Shown: positions 37,945 to 49,707 of the stretch, piece after piece
Layout: every line of letters starts with the position of its first letter
Position numbering within the stretch: position 1 is the first letter of the stretch
Assembly: GCA_030390025.1 (NCBI GenBank)
Contig: CM059432.1
Coordinates: 135,100,001-135,164,000, forward strand
Source: Squalus acanthias
Taxonomy: Eukaryota
DNA length: 64,000 bases
Direction: 5' to 3'
Notes under the pieces: model-generated
Told to the model about the DNA's origin: nothing
Seen by the model: the letters and a program-made list of their open reading frames with translations, nothing else
Database searches by the model: none
Program-made: the position numbers and the translations under genes

Positions 37945-38490
37945 GTAATAACAACAGAAAGCGCTGGAAAAACTCAGCAGGCCAGGCAACATCCGTGGAG
38001 AGAGAAACAGAGTTAACGTTTCAGGTCGAAGACCCTTCGTCAGAACTGAGAAAAAAGCAGGAAATGAAACAGATGAAAAAGCAAGTTTGGAGGCTGGGGG
38101 AGGGAATAAAAGAACAAAAGGGGAGGTCTGTGAGAAGTAAAGAGACATTAAGAGATACTCAAGGCGAGACGAGATGGTAATAGGACAGGTTAAGAAACAA
38201 AAGATGGCTCTAGAAGTGTGAAATGCACTGGCAGAATGAAAGACAGCTGCCATGTAGGAGAGAGAAAAAAAAGGGAAAAGGCACAAACCAAAAGTGTGGA
38301 TAAAAAATAAAATATATATATATATGGTAGGGGCCGAGGTTATGATCTGAAATTGTTGAACTCGATATTTAGTCCGGAAGGCTGTAAAGTGCCTAATCGG
38401 AAGATGAGGTGCTGTTCCTCGAGCTTGCGCTGAGCTTCCGTGGAACAATGCAAGAGGCCGAGGACGGTGAGGTCTGAGTGGGAATGTAAA
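37945..38490 (-). mobile_element. Penelope-like element 3' fragment (GIY-YIG endonuclease C-terminus plus terminal repeat)
   Basis: HSHSDLTVLGLLHCSTEAQRKLEEQHLIFRLGTLQPSGLNIEFNNFRS* (ORF-track 38340-38570) is a typical PLE endonuclease end. The downstream terminal repeat carries the hammerhead. Confidence 0.85.
38011..38047 (-). ncRNA. Minimal type-I hammerhead ribozyme motif (Penelope-associated)
   Basis: Minus strand AGTT-CTGACGA-A-GGGTC-TTC-GACCT-GAAA-CG-TT-AACT: stem I AGTT/AACT, CUGANGA core, stem II, GAAA, palindromic AACGTT stem III, GUU cleavage triplet. Confidence 0.75.
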
Positions 38491-39289
38491 TGAGATCCGG
38501 CACTCAGAGTGGCTCGGGCCTCACAGTGAGGACATCGGGCGGGTGGCACGATTGCACCGCCTGCCACCATCCCAAGATCCTCCCGAGGTTAAAATCGACA
38601 TTAGCATTACCCAGAATAAGTCAGATAATATGCCGCTATGAGATACAAGCATTATCCCATAATAGTGCAAATCGTATTATTCTCCTGATAAGGCAAACCT
38701 GTGACCCTTCAATGGTACAAAGTTGAATGAAGTTACGTAAATACTGATTAAATTAATTTAACGGTTAATTGTTATTCAATGGAGATGAGGCTTTGTTGGT
38801 GCAGCAATCAATTAAGAGAGTGCAGACAATGTGGCTTCGATTTTCACACCCAAATTCAGCCAGTTTTTGGGTGGACTGGAGCACAAAATAGAGCATGATG
38901 ACATTGTGCCAGGTCTCTGTCCCCAAAATTGCATTTGAAAGTTTGTCGGTAGTTATGTCGCCAGGAGGCGGCAAATTTGGGCAGGCAAATTAAAATTACA
39001 CGTAATAATGTCTTGATGTCAAACATCCAATTTTGTGGATTAGACGCTTGTTTCCTGCCCAATTCCGAGTTCTCCCCCATAAAAGCAGGTGTCCAGCATT
39101 GTTACTTCTCCATATCAAGGTGGAAGATGTCTAACGGCCCAATGTAGGTACTGGCAAAAGCATTACAAATGATGGTGAAAATGTTGGTGGAACAGATAAG
39201 GGTAAGGAACAATTGTTAAGAGAGATCTGTAGACAAGGAATTGGTTCATAGCCGAACTCAAAGTTAAAGAAGTCTGTTGTCACGCACTG

Positions 39290-41250
39290 TCAGTGGTTGA
39301 AAGAAGCAAGATAGCAGAGGCTCTGGCCACAGTTTTTCAATCCCTCTTAATATGCTAATTCTGCCGTGGACGGGAGAGTGTGACAGCTTTGTTCTAGAGG
39401 GCAGGGAAGGATAAATTGAGTAATTATAGACCAGTTCGTCTAACGTTGGTGGTGAGCAAACTCTTCGGATCTGTAATTCGAGATATAATTATTGAGTATT
39501 TTGAATAGTTTTGTTAAAGGCAAAACAATGTTTGACAAATTTACTTGAGTTATTTGAAGAGGTGAGCGATTGGATAGATGAAGCGAATGCAGTAGATGTA
39601 GTCTGTATGGGTATTCAGAAGACAATGAATAAGGTGTCAGGTAAGAAGCTTGCTAGAAAAATTCAGGCATATGATATAAGAATAAAGCAGCTTGGATAGA
39701 TGGACAGGAACCAAAGAGTTTAAGTAAATGGGAGCAGCTCATATAGAATAAGGGATGGAAGAGATGTACCCCAGGGGTCAGGACTGATTTCATTTTGCCT
39801 TCTAAATATAGATGATTTGGACTTGGGCATAGGGAGCACAATTTTGAAATGTGCAGACAACAGAAAATTGGCAAATAGTGAGGAGGACTATAATAGACTT
39901 CAGGACGACACAGATAGATTAGCGGAATGGGCAGACAGATGGCAGATGCAGCTTAATGTGGATGTGTGAGGTAATAGATTTTGGGATGAAAAAGAAAGAG
40001 TAGGAATATCAATGGAAAGGTGCTGTAAGTGTGAAGGAACAGGGGTTCAAATTCCTAATTCCCTGATAGTGCAAATGCAGCAGATAAAGCCTTTAACAAA
40101 AAACAGACCAACATTCTTTTGGGTTTCATAAATAGGGGCATAGAGTACAAGAGTAAACATTGGTTAGGCCACAGTTAGAGTACTTTGTGCAGTTTTGTCC
40201 CCCACCTCCACCTCCGCCCCCCACTTATAGAAAGAACATTAATGTCATAGACAGCATACAATGTGGATTTACTAGGCTGATGCCAGGGATAGGGAACTTT
40301 AGTTATGATGAGAGATTTAAGATCATAGAATCATACAGCACAGAAGGAGGTCATTCGGCCCATCATACCTTTGCTGGCTTTTTGAAAGAGCTATTCAATT
40401 AGTCCCACTCCACTGCTCTTTCCCCATAGCCCTGCAAATTTTCCTCTTCAAGTAACTATCCAATTCCCTTTTGAAAGTTACTATTGAATCTGCTTCCACC
40501 ATCCATTCTGGCAGTGCAGTCCAGATCATAACAACTCGCTGCGTTACCAACACTCCTGCCACCAGAAACAGTTACTCCCTATTTACTCTATCAAAACTCC
40601 TCAATTTTGAACACCTCTATTAAATCTCCCCTTAACCTTCTCTGCTCTTAGGAGAACAATTACAGCTTCTCTAGTCTCTCCACATAACTGATGTCCCTCA
40701 TCCCCGGTATCATTCTGGTCAATCTCTTCTTTACCCTCTTCAAGGCTTTGACATCCTTGCTGAAGTGTGGTGCCGATAAATGGACACACTGCTGCAGCTG
40801 AGGCCTAACCAGTGATTTATAAAGGTTTAGCATAACTTAATTAGATATTTGGTCTTTTTCACTGGAACAGAAAAGGCTAAGAGGTTCATAGAGGTTTTTA
40901 AAATTATGAATAGTTTTGATAAAGTGATTAGGGAAAGACTATTTGCTCTGGTAGGGGAATCCATGACAATTTAAAATGGTCACTAAGGCAGTGAGGAGAG
41001 ATGCTAGTAGAATTTCTTTTTTAATGCAGAGTGTTGTTGGACCATGGAATGCTTTACCGCAGGGAGTGGTTGAGGCAGAGACCACTGCATCTTTTAAGAA
41101 AAAAAATTGTACAAATATTTGCAGCAGAGGAAGATGCAGGGCCATGCGGAGAGCTTGGGGCAGTGAGATTAATTTTGGATGGCTCTTGTAAAGTCGGCAC
41201 AGACGCAGGCATAATGGCCTCCTTCTTTCCTTTAAATTTCTACGGTTCAA
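39290..41250 (+). mobile_element. Old CR1 fragment with a younger antisense CR1 (about 40323-40836) inserted
   Basis: NYRPVRL, CLTNLLELFEEV...AVDVV and LVRPQLEYFVQF remnants. The insert is homologous to 14003-14535. Confidence 0.82.
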
Positions 41251-42240
41251 AGATGTATTTCATTTAGAATTCATATATCCTCCTATTAAAGTTCAAGTAA
41301 CACTTTTGTTGGCGATTGAAAAGTTAATTAAGAAGTTTACAATTTTTTTTCCAAAGAAAGATGTCTTACTGGCCAAGCGGTGAGTAACTTTTAAAACATT
41401 TTTCCAGTGCTGACCCAATGGAAACTCAAACGTATATTTTGTTCACTCTGAAGCTGTGCCCATTCCAAGGTGTCTGGGTGGACGTTTTTACATTTTTGGA
41501 AATAGCAACAACGGTACTGAAGAAGTAACAGCTACTTACTTTTAGTGTGTCAGTAACTGGCTCCTGTCAAAATACACTTTTACAAGACACAAGTGTAAGA
41601 ATAAGAGAAAAAAAACAAACAGTACAATGCTTGTATCAGCATCAGTGCTGCTGTCTCTTAAAGCCATAGGATCAACAATTATGCTTCCCCCCTCTCCAAG
41701 AATGGCAGCAGTTGGCTATAGTACAGATTGGGGTAGATTTTCGCTTTACCTGGGCGATAATTTAGTGGGGCAGATCGCATGCCCTTTATAGAACCCTCCA
41801 TTCTACTGGAATCAATAGACAATTTTAACTACCTGCCTTAATCACCTCCAGGTCCGGAAGAGGTCAAATGTCTTGGGGAACTAGGTTGGTGGCCTGGGGG
41901 TGGGGTGTGTTTGGTTGTGGGAAACTGAGGTTAGAGGCAACCTTTGTGTATGTGATGGCCTTGTTGGTCTGTTGAACACCCAAATTTCACATTGTTTTTC
42001 CTTTTTGTAAGATTAAAAATCTAACAATCTATAAAATTGCTGTCCCTTAGAAGTGCAGCATCAGATTTTTGCTTTCAACTTTTGCATTTCTCCTTCAGGT
42101 TTTTATGGACTTGTGTCTTTCTTCCTTCAATACGAGTGAAAGAATGTTGTGTATACTTACAGTCAGAGTGGGCAGGGACAGGAAATGCCCACTTTTATGG
42201 TGGTCTGATTTCTTGCCAGAAGTGACAGGTGACATACAAT

Positions 42241-42710
42241 GGGGGGAATTTTAACCCCCAAAAACGGGTGGGTTTGGGTCGGGTGGGATGTTAAAATTTT
42301 AAAAATCTGTATGTTAAATGTTAAAAAAGGCCGCATGCCTCATATGTGACCACCATTTTAAATTTAATCCTGCCCAGCCAAGTTTTCCGGGCCTCGGGAA
42401 ACCCGACAGCTAAAGGGAAGCGAGGACTGCCAGATCCAGGAGGTAAGTGTCTTTCCACTTACCTGCTGGATCCAGTTTACCTGCGGACACCCCCCAACCA
42501 ATGTTCACCGTAAGCAGCGCAGCTGCGTGGCGCTCCAGGGATCCTGCGCTTGCCGGCTTTCCACTGCTGAAACCGCACAAGCGTGACTCTTCTGATCTCC
42601 TCCATGAGGCCTCCAATTTCCCCCCACCCACGGCCTCCGATCTTCCCTCTGGCCTCCGATCTCCACACCACCCCCACACCCCCGCCCCCTCACGAGTTAA
42701 TATCCAGCCC
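42241..42710. mobile_element. Harbinger-type MITE (5657-6515 family)
   Basis: Termini ggggggaattttaac / gttaatatccagccc. Shares aaaa(c/a)gggtgggtttgg and ggcctccgatc repeats with 5657-6515. Confidence 0.7.
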
Positions 42711-43275
42711 TATATATCTGCCCACTTTTGTAGATATTGGGATTATTGCAATGATATGCAAATGAAAAAATGCCATCCAACGCATTTTTCCGTCATTTGC
42801 ATCATAGCAACCTGCTCGTGGCTGGGACCCAACATGGTTATTCAGAGCGGAGCAGGGAGATGCTTACATTTTAAAGAGGGTATTTAAATTTCATAAAAGG
42901 TACAAAAGGCCATTTAAAAAAAAACTTTTCAGCAGCACATACAGGCCACTTGGCACTGCCACTCCGCTTACTTCCTTCCCCCAGGCAGTCACGCCAATGG
43001 AAACTGGGGAGCTTGCTAAAATTATTCAAAACACTCTTGTCTTGACTCTGGGAATTTGGTGGGTACTGGCAGTCCCATCTCACTACCCTTCTGCCAGTGT
43101 TACAGTCAAGCAGAAGATCTAGGATATCTAGGGTCTGCCTGCTTAATCTGAGGGCGCATTTATATTGTAACCTCAGCAGCATTGCAAAGCGATTTCTACT
43201 TCACAGCAATGTACATTACCACGTGACAGAGGATATGTGCGAAAGTTGCAGTATAAAATAGAGTTAAGGATCAAC

Positions 43276-43745
43276 TTCAGAGATGATACCAGAACTGAGA
43301 GGCTATAACTATCAGGAAAGACTGAACAGGCTGGAGTTCTATTCCCTAGAATAGAAAAGGCTGAGGGGGATCTAATAGAGGTCTTTAAAATTATGAAGGT
43401 GTTCGATAGGATAGGCGTAGAGAAAATGTTTCCGTTTGTGGGGGGAGTCCAAAACTGGGGGCCATAAATATAAGATAGTCACTAATAAATCCAATAACGA
43501 ATTCAGGAGATACTTCTTTACCCAGAGAATGGTGAGAATGTGGAATGTGCTACCACATGGAGTGGTTTAGATGAATAGTATAGATGCCTTTAAAGGGAAA
43601 CTAGATAAGTACATGAGGGAGACAGGAATAAAAGGAAATGTTGAGATGAGATGAAGTAGGGTGGTGAAGGCTGGTGTGGAGCATAAACACCAGTTGGGCC
43701 GAATGACCTGTTTCTGTGCTGTAAGTTCTATGTAATTCTATGTAA
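43276..43745 (+). mobile_element. CR1 LINE 3' end
   Basis: RLRGDLIEVFKIMK-type frame and ttctatgtaattctatg tail. The same tail occurs at 28755-28960. Confidence 0.85.
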
Positions 43746-44555
43746 TAAGTTGTGTGAAGTACCCTGGAAGAGGCAGCCTCGCCCCACTTGGGTTTGATGC
43801 CAGTTGAGTGCAATTCCAATGGAGTGTCAAACCAGGTTTAAAAAGTGCTCAAGGGTCTCCTTGGATCTCCTGAATAATTTTTAAAACTTCCCTGCAGTTA
43901 ATTTAAGTGTTTAGAGAGAGAATGCTGATGCTGCCACCTACTCTCTCTAAATATTAACATTCCAATCAATGGGCGAGGAGCTCTGCGCACGTGTAACAAC
44001 ATATGAGGAGCTCTCTCTCTCTGGGCCAGTCCGAGACTGGTCGCTGCTGTATAAATGCCACAGAATCTTAAACATTTATATTCTGCAGCGCGAGCTTGAT
44101 AGGCCGAATGCCATTTTTCTCATTTGACGCTTTCTTGTGTTCTTGTGCAAGGTTACTGATATTGCATTTGATCAACACTGTGGAATCCTACCAGTGATTG
44201 GATTCCTAACAGTAACAAATGAGAGGGACAGACATTGAAAGAAGTTTAGAAAGATTTTGCACTTGAAATCAGAACCAATATTGCAACATCCGAATAACAA
44301 TCATTCGCAAACTAGTCGAGAGTCAGTGACCACCCTTGCTGTAATAGGTCAGCAGTCACAAAGCTATTCCAGCTCAGACATTTTATATATAGAGCTCACA
44401 GTCCCATGACCAGTGCTGCTTTACAGGAATCAGTTCAATCAACCACAAGTAATGTAGGACTGTACCAAGTATAAAAGGGCAACCACAAATCCTCTGTCAC
44501 ATGATTATATACATATCTCCTATTGCAAAATCGCCTTCCATAGCATGTCATTTTC

Positions 44556-45238
44556 TTTATTTAATCAAACATCAGATATAGATTATTTTAAACTCGCTTC
44601 ACACTGTAGAAAGTCACATATTTATATATATTAAGGTGAAAAATGAACTATGCTGTGCTACTGCAACTATACTTAAAATTTATTACCTATTAACAAAGAT
44701 TAATTTTGTTTTGCAGTGTATCAATGCAGTATTCACTTCAGTTGTGTTCTGTAATCATTCACTTGAAAGTGTGTAAGAGTTTGAGATTTGAAAAAAATTC
44801 CAATTATCCTTTTACTTGTAGAAAAATGCTAACCCCAATTCTAACCTCTCCATGACAGCACAGCTGAGACTGTGAACAATAGCATTAATGCAGAGAATTG
44901 CCAGTTCAAACTCAATGTCCTACCACCTCTATTCCACAGTACATTGCTGCATGACCGCAAGTGCCCACCAAAAATCATTTTACCCGTAAGAATTTCATTT
45001 AACAAAATCTGATATCGATGTAAGTTCTGACTTTTCTGTTTTTAAAAAAAAGTAGCACAATGTTCTTGCTGATGATCTGAATTGTTAAATACTTTTTAAT
45101 ATTTTATCTTAATTGTGCAATTAATCATTAATTAATTATTGTTCTGCCAAATGATGAAATGCCCAGTTTGGGCATAGGTATGTTGGCTTTGAACAGTGCA
45201 CCTTTTGGCTATGTGATCATTTTAATATGGGTAGTTAC
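44556..45238 (-). other. NFATC1: Putative intronic read-through tail/3' UTR of a short NFATc1/A-type isoform
   Basis: Reading through the donor gives ...[13 protein letters not shown] (TAA at 45222-45224). AT-rich, TE-free sequence follows, with minus-strand AATAAA at 44679-44684 and 44556-44561. Confidence 0.5.
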
Positions 45239-45371
45239 CATTAGCGGGCAGATAGGAGAAGCGCTGGCTTTGGCTCCTCTTCCGTTTCCCATTGCAGACG
45301 TAGAAATATACTTGAACAGGGCTGGTAATGCGTTGGTTGCGATAGGGTGGAATTTCAACTATGAGTGTACT
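45239..45371 (-). CDS. NFATC1: NFATC1 coding exon (human exon 8 equivalent), end of IPT domain with NLS
   Basis: 133-nt exon, polypyrimidine-CAG acceptor and GTAACT donor. Encodes [44 protein letters not shown], the hallmark NFATc1 sequence with the KRKR NLS. Phase 0 in, phase 1 out. Confidence 0.96.
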
Positions 45372-45596
45372 CTGCAACAGAGAAACAAAATTACATGGTC
45401 TCACATACTAAAATATCAAATGCAAAAAAGTGCTTCAGCATATTTTTTAATCAAATGAATAAAAACGGGATTGTACAATGAAAACTCAGCATTTTGAGCA
45501 GTAATCGATGTAACAGCCTACAAACATGTTGAGGTCAGGTAGAAACATTTTTTAGCCTATAGTTGCACAGTGATGCAGAAACACGGAACAGAAGAT

Positions 45597-46210
45597 CATA
45601 AGAACACAAGAGCATATGAAATAGGAGCAGGAGTAGGCCATTCGGCCCTTCGAGCCTGCTCCGCCATTCAATAAGATCATGGCTGATCTTTGACCTCAAC
45701 TCCACCTTCTCGCACTATCCCCATATCCCTTAATTCCCTTAGTATCCAAAAATCAATCGATCTCAGTCTTGAATATACTCAATGACTGAGCATCCACAGC
45801 CCTCTGGGCTAGAGAATTCCAAAGAATCACAACCCTTTGAGTGAAGAAATTTCTCCTCATCTCAGTCCTAAATGGCCACCCCCTTATCCTGAGACTATCA
45901 CAGAATCACCACAATGCAGATAGAGGCCATTTCGGCCCATTGAGCCTGCACCGACACATATCCCACCCTATCCCCGTAACCCCACGTACTTGATCCCCCT
46001 AACACTAAGGGTCAATTTATCATAGCCAAATCAACCTAACCCGCACATCTTTGGACTGTGGGAGGAAACCGGAGCACCCGGAGGAAACCCACGCAGACAC
46101 GGGGAGAATGTGCAAACTCCACACAGACAGTCATCCGGGTCCCTGGCGCTGTGAGGCAACAGTGCTAACCACTATGCCACCGTGTTGCCCCTATGACCCC
46201 TAGTTCTAGA
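45597..46210 (-). mobile_element. CR1 3' end (host of the HE1 SINE)
   Basis: cataagaac...ataggagcaggagtaggccattcggcccttcgagcctgctccgccattc tail. Confidence 0.85.
45899..46190 (-). mobile_element. HE1-like V-SINE inserted in a CR1 fragment
   Basis: V-domain gggaggaaaccggagcacccggaggaaacccacgcagacacggggagaa, tRNA-like head and CR1-type tail. CTAT/CTAT duplication splits the CR1 motif gagactat|gacccctag. A partial copy lies at about 21057-21180. Confidence 0.85.
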
Positions 46211-46469
46211 AGATATGGACTTCTCTCTATTCCCTTCAATTTTCGAAAGGCACTGAATCCTGCTGGGGTGCTGCTCCACAGTGTTACTCATCCTCCAACC
46301 TCTCCAAGTGTCCATTCTTCACGTGTGAGCCTAGGCAGTGTGTATTGCAGGCTCACCCTCTGCTCATCTGCCTTGCATATATGCACCTTTACCAAAAGCC
46401 ACTGGATAATGAACAGGAATGGAAATCCCCTTCCTAGACCAGAAAGGATAAGGACATTTCTAGCTTTAT

Positions 46470-46831
46470 TCATTCTCAGGGCATCGCTGGTAATGCCAGC
46501 ATTTACTGCCCATCTCTTGTTAATCTGAAAGGTTTGGTACAACTGAGTGGCTAGTTAGGCCACTCCAGAGGCCAATTAAAAGTCAACCACATTGTTGTGG
46601 GACTGGAGTCACATACAGCCAAGGTTAAGGATGGGAGGTTTCTTTCCCTAAAGGACATCAGTGAACCGGTTTGGTTTTTACGACAATCTGATAGCTTCAT
46701 AGTCATTTTTTTTTTTAAAAACCTTTTTATTTCCAGTTTTAAAATAAAACTGAATTCAAATTCTCAAACTGGTGAGATTTGAACTTGCATTCTTTCGATC
46801 ATTAGTCAAGTAATTTAACCACTACACTACC
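46470..46831 (-). mobile_element. tRNA-derived SINE sharing its 3' tail with the LINE at 12385-13160
   Basis: Minus-strand head ggtagtgtagtggttaa...gttcaaatctcacc. Tail gggcagtaaatgctggc matches the LINE tails at 61278-61395 and 61587-61675. Confidence 0.6.
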
Positions 46832-47206
46832 ACACCCAGTGCACATATCATGATGCATGCCTGAGAGCAGAGACCAGGGACCTTCCTAGTTTGTATAGCT
46901 CGTAAACTGCACTCTTAATAGTTAAGTTGAATTATGCCAGCTGTAAACACAATAAATAACCAGTTGTATTAAACTTAATGCAAATTAAGCAAAGGGTGAA
47001 GCAAAACCAAAGGTGTAATAGATGCTAAAGACAATCATTATACGAATGGGCATGAAGTTAGGCATTCCTCACTTCAAATAGTCTCTCCTCATCAGTTGTC
47101 AAAAATAACTGATGATATGTGACGACAGAAATAGATCAAGAACATAAAAAGCAACACCATTGCTGATGCTTTAAACATGAAAATAGCACTGATGATAATG
47201 GAGTCA

Positions 47207-47298
47207 AGAGTGAGAAGTCGCACAACACCAGGTTATAGTCCAACAGTTTTATTTGAAATCACAAGCTTTCGGAGCGGCTGCTCCTTCGTCAGGTGAAG
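47207..47298 (-). mobile_element. 92-bp hammerhead-bearing retro-insertion (Penelope-like terminal repeat piece)
   Basis: Flanked by the perfect 14-bp direct repeat TGATAATGGAGTCA (47193-47206 and 47299-47312). Contains the hammerhead followed by minus-strand AATAAA. Confidence 0.8.
47259..47296 (-). ncRNA. Minimal type-I hammerhead ribozyme motif
   Basis: Minus strand TCAC-CTGACGA-A-GGAGC-AGCC-GCTCC-GAAA-GC-TT-GTGA: stem I TCAC/GTGA, perfect 5-bp stem II, palindromic AAGCTT stem III, CUU triplet. Confidence 0.78.
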
Positions 47299-48637
47299 TG
47301 ATAATGGAGTCATTCTTTGTTGCTGCAAATAATACAGAATATTAACTCTCCAATGTTGAAGCATCTCTGCAGCTTCCAAAAACAACTTGTCAGTTTTTGA
47401 TCACTATAAGATCCAAGAGGATTGCTTTCATTGTATAAACAAAAATGTGATATAAATTATTTTTGTTAAGGTTTAAATGGGTATCATATTCATCCAATTT
47501 ATTATAGTTTCCTTTGTCACTCCCTTTTAAAGTTCCCCGTTTTTTAAATTAAGTCCACTTGAGGTTTAATTGGATTTTAGTCTGCCCCTAATTTTATATT
47601 GATTTTCATTCCCATTAACGTTTTTCCCCCACTTCCTCTCTTCCACCATCCGTAGCACTGTGATGTCTCGGGATTTCTACTTATTAGGATTGCTTGACCA
47701 AGACCTGCTCTAACAATTCTTCCTTCAAGAAGTCTTATACTGTAGATGGATCCAAGGCATCCGAGCATTGTTAAGCACCTAATACTGTAATCAGATTATT
47801 CTCATTTAGACAATGTGCTGTTGGGACTTTTAGAAATAGCAATGCCCATTGCGTGTGGGCTAGCAGCACATCAGACACGTACAATGTTGACACTTCGCAT
47901 GTTGCTGTCAAGTGGGACATTAGTCCAGATTAAAATTTTGAATGCATTTGGGATTGAAGATAGATACTACAGTATCTTCAATTTTAAGCCTGGCATGATA
48001 TCTACAGTATTTTCACATCAGTATAATTTGCAGGGTTGCCACTGGATCAGGGTAATTGATCTGGCATAAACCTGGTGGTGTTAAGTGGGTATCAGCTAGT
48101 GTGCACACTTCAGTATTTAATCCATTTAAGTAGGCAGTGTAGTTAGTGCCAACTATTTAAAGTCAAGGTAGCTCTTAGCAAGATTTAGATACAGTGTTCC
48201 CATGCGGTTGGAAGCTATTTATTTGCAGCTGCTTGACGATTAAAAGTAGTTCGCTTGGACAGTTCAGCGTCAGTTCCCAGCACTCGAATTGTTTCGTGAG
48301 GTTCTACTTGTAAACAGCAAGAATAAAGAATGAGGGGCTAAAAAATTCGGGGGCCTTTACGCCACCCGTTACTGTCAAAAAGTAACGAAAAGAGGGCGGC
48401 CGCCGCTCTTTCGCCAGCTGGTGGCGGGTCCCATGGTATCCGCCATTTTCTGTGACCCGGCAGCACTGCCGGTAAGAGCGATGGCCCTGCAAATTTAAAT
48501 TAGGGAGAGGTGACATCAGTCGGCGTGCAACGCCAACTTAACATCACCTCGGCGAACTTCGACCTTAGCGCTGAGTTCAGCACTGGGTCCTAAGCTCACC
48601 ATGAAAACCCAGCATTCAGCAAACTGACAGAGACACT

Positions 48638-49377
48638 GGGCTGAATTTTCATTGATCCGTGGAGGCCGGTTTGGAGGCGTGTGGGGGGTTAAAATTGCGA
48701 AAATTGGCGGGCGGGCACAAGTCCACCTCCATCCCACCTTCACACAATTTTCATTAAATCGTGTCTGCTGGTCCCGACTTCGTCCTGCCTTTAAGAGGCG
48801 GGATAGGCTGTTAAGGCCCTTATCAAGCACTAAATTGGCTCTATAATGCCATTTTGAAAGGCCTTTGTGATTTTAACCCTTGATCTACGTGAAGCACGCC
48901 TGTTCTGAACCACGATTGTGAAACCTGGCGGGAGCACATTTGGATAGCTGACTATCAGCTGCAGGTCCACTATTACAACGGAGATGTGATGAAGGTAGTA
49001 GTAGTATTAGGTCTGAAAGTCGCCTCTGATGCTGCTGCATTGAATGTCTTCACAGACTGCCTGGCCTTTGCTGTGAGAAGACCTGGATGGAAAAAAATCT
49101 TCTCTCTCTCTCTGAGCTGCTGCTCATTTTGCATCCAGGTCCTCTCACAGCAAAAGCCAGGCAGTCTCTGACCTGCAATGCAGCAGCAATGATGACATCA
49201 TCAGAGGCGACTTTCAGACTGAAACCACTAATTGGTTCATGGGTTCCCACATGCTGGAACTCAATTGCCCAATTAAGTGAAAATTGCATCAATCTCCCAC
49301 ATCCAATTGCAGTCGGGTGGATAACACGAAATGCGGATGACACGACCCCAACCCGCCCCAGTATCAAAATCCAGCCC
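48638..49377. mobile_element. Harbinger-type MITE nested in 48334-51202
   Basis: TIR gggctgaatttt / aaaatccagccc, perfect TSD ACT/ACT. Confidence 0.8.
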
Positions 49378-49564
49378 ACTGTCAGCACCTCTTAAAGGGA
49401 CACACACATCTTTCAGGTAAGTTTGCATTTAAGCCTTTGGACTGGGTTTTTTGATTTTATTGGAGTAGTGGCTTGCTGCAATACATGTTAAAAGTTTTTA
49501 AGTGTGTAGGGAGTTCTGCTAGACGCTTGCAAGGCCTCAGACAGTAAAGGAAGGCCTCTGAGAA

Positions 49565-49707
49565 GACAGAAAATGCTGCAAATACTCAGCAGGTCAGGCA
49601 ACATCCGTAGAGAGAGAAACAGAGTTCACGTCTCAGGTCGAGTTGCTGCCTGACCAACTGAACATTTCCAGAATTTTATGTTGTAATTTCAGATTTTCAG
49701 CATCCGC
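49565..49707. mobile_element. Palindromic Penelope-terminal-repeat-derived short element, nested in a Harbinger derivative
   Basis: acagaaaatgctgcaaatactcagcaggtcaggcaacatcc...gctgcctgacc...ctgaacatttccag. The left arm is homologous to 37955-38030 and folds back on the right arm. Confidence 0.65.

Noticed and set aside
49618..49645. Third hammerhead ribozyme
   Set aside because: Homologous to 38011-38030, but the CUGANGA half is deleted and GAAA is mutated to GAGA.
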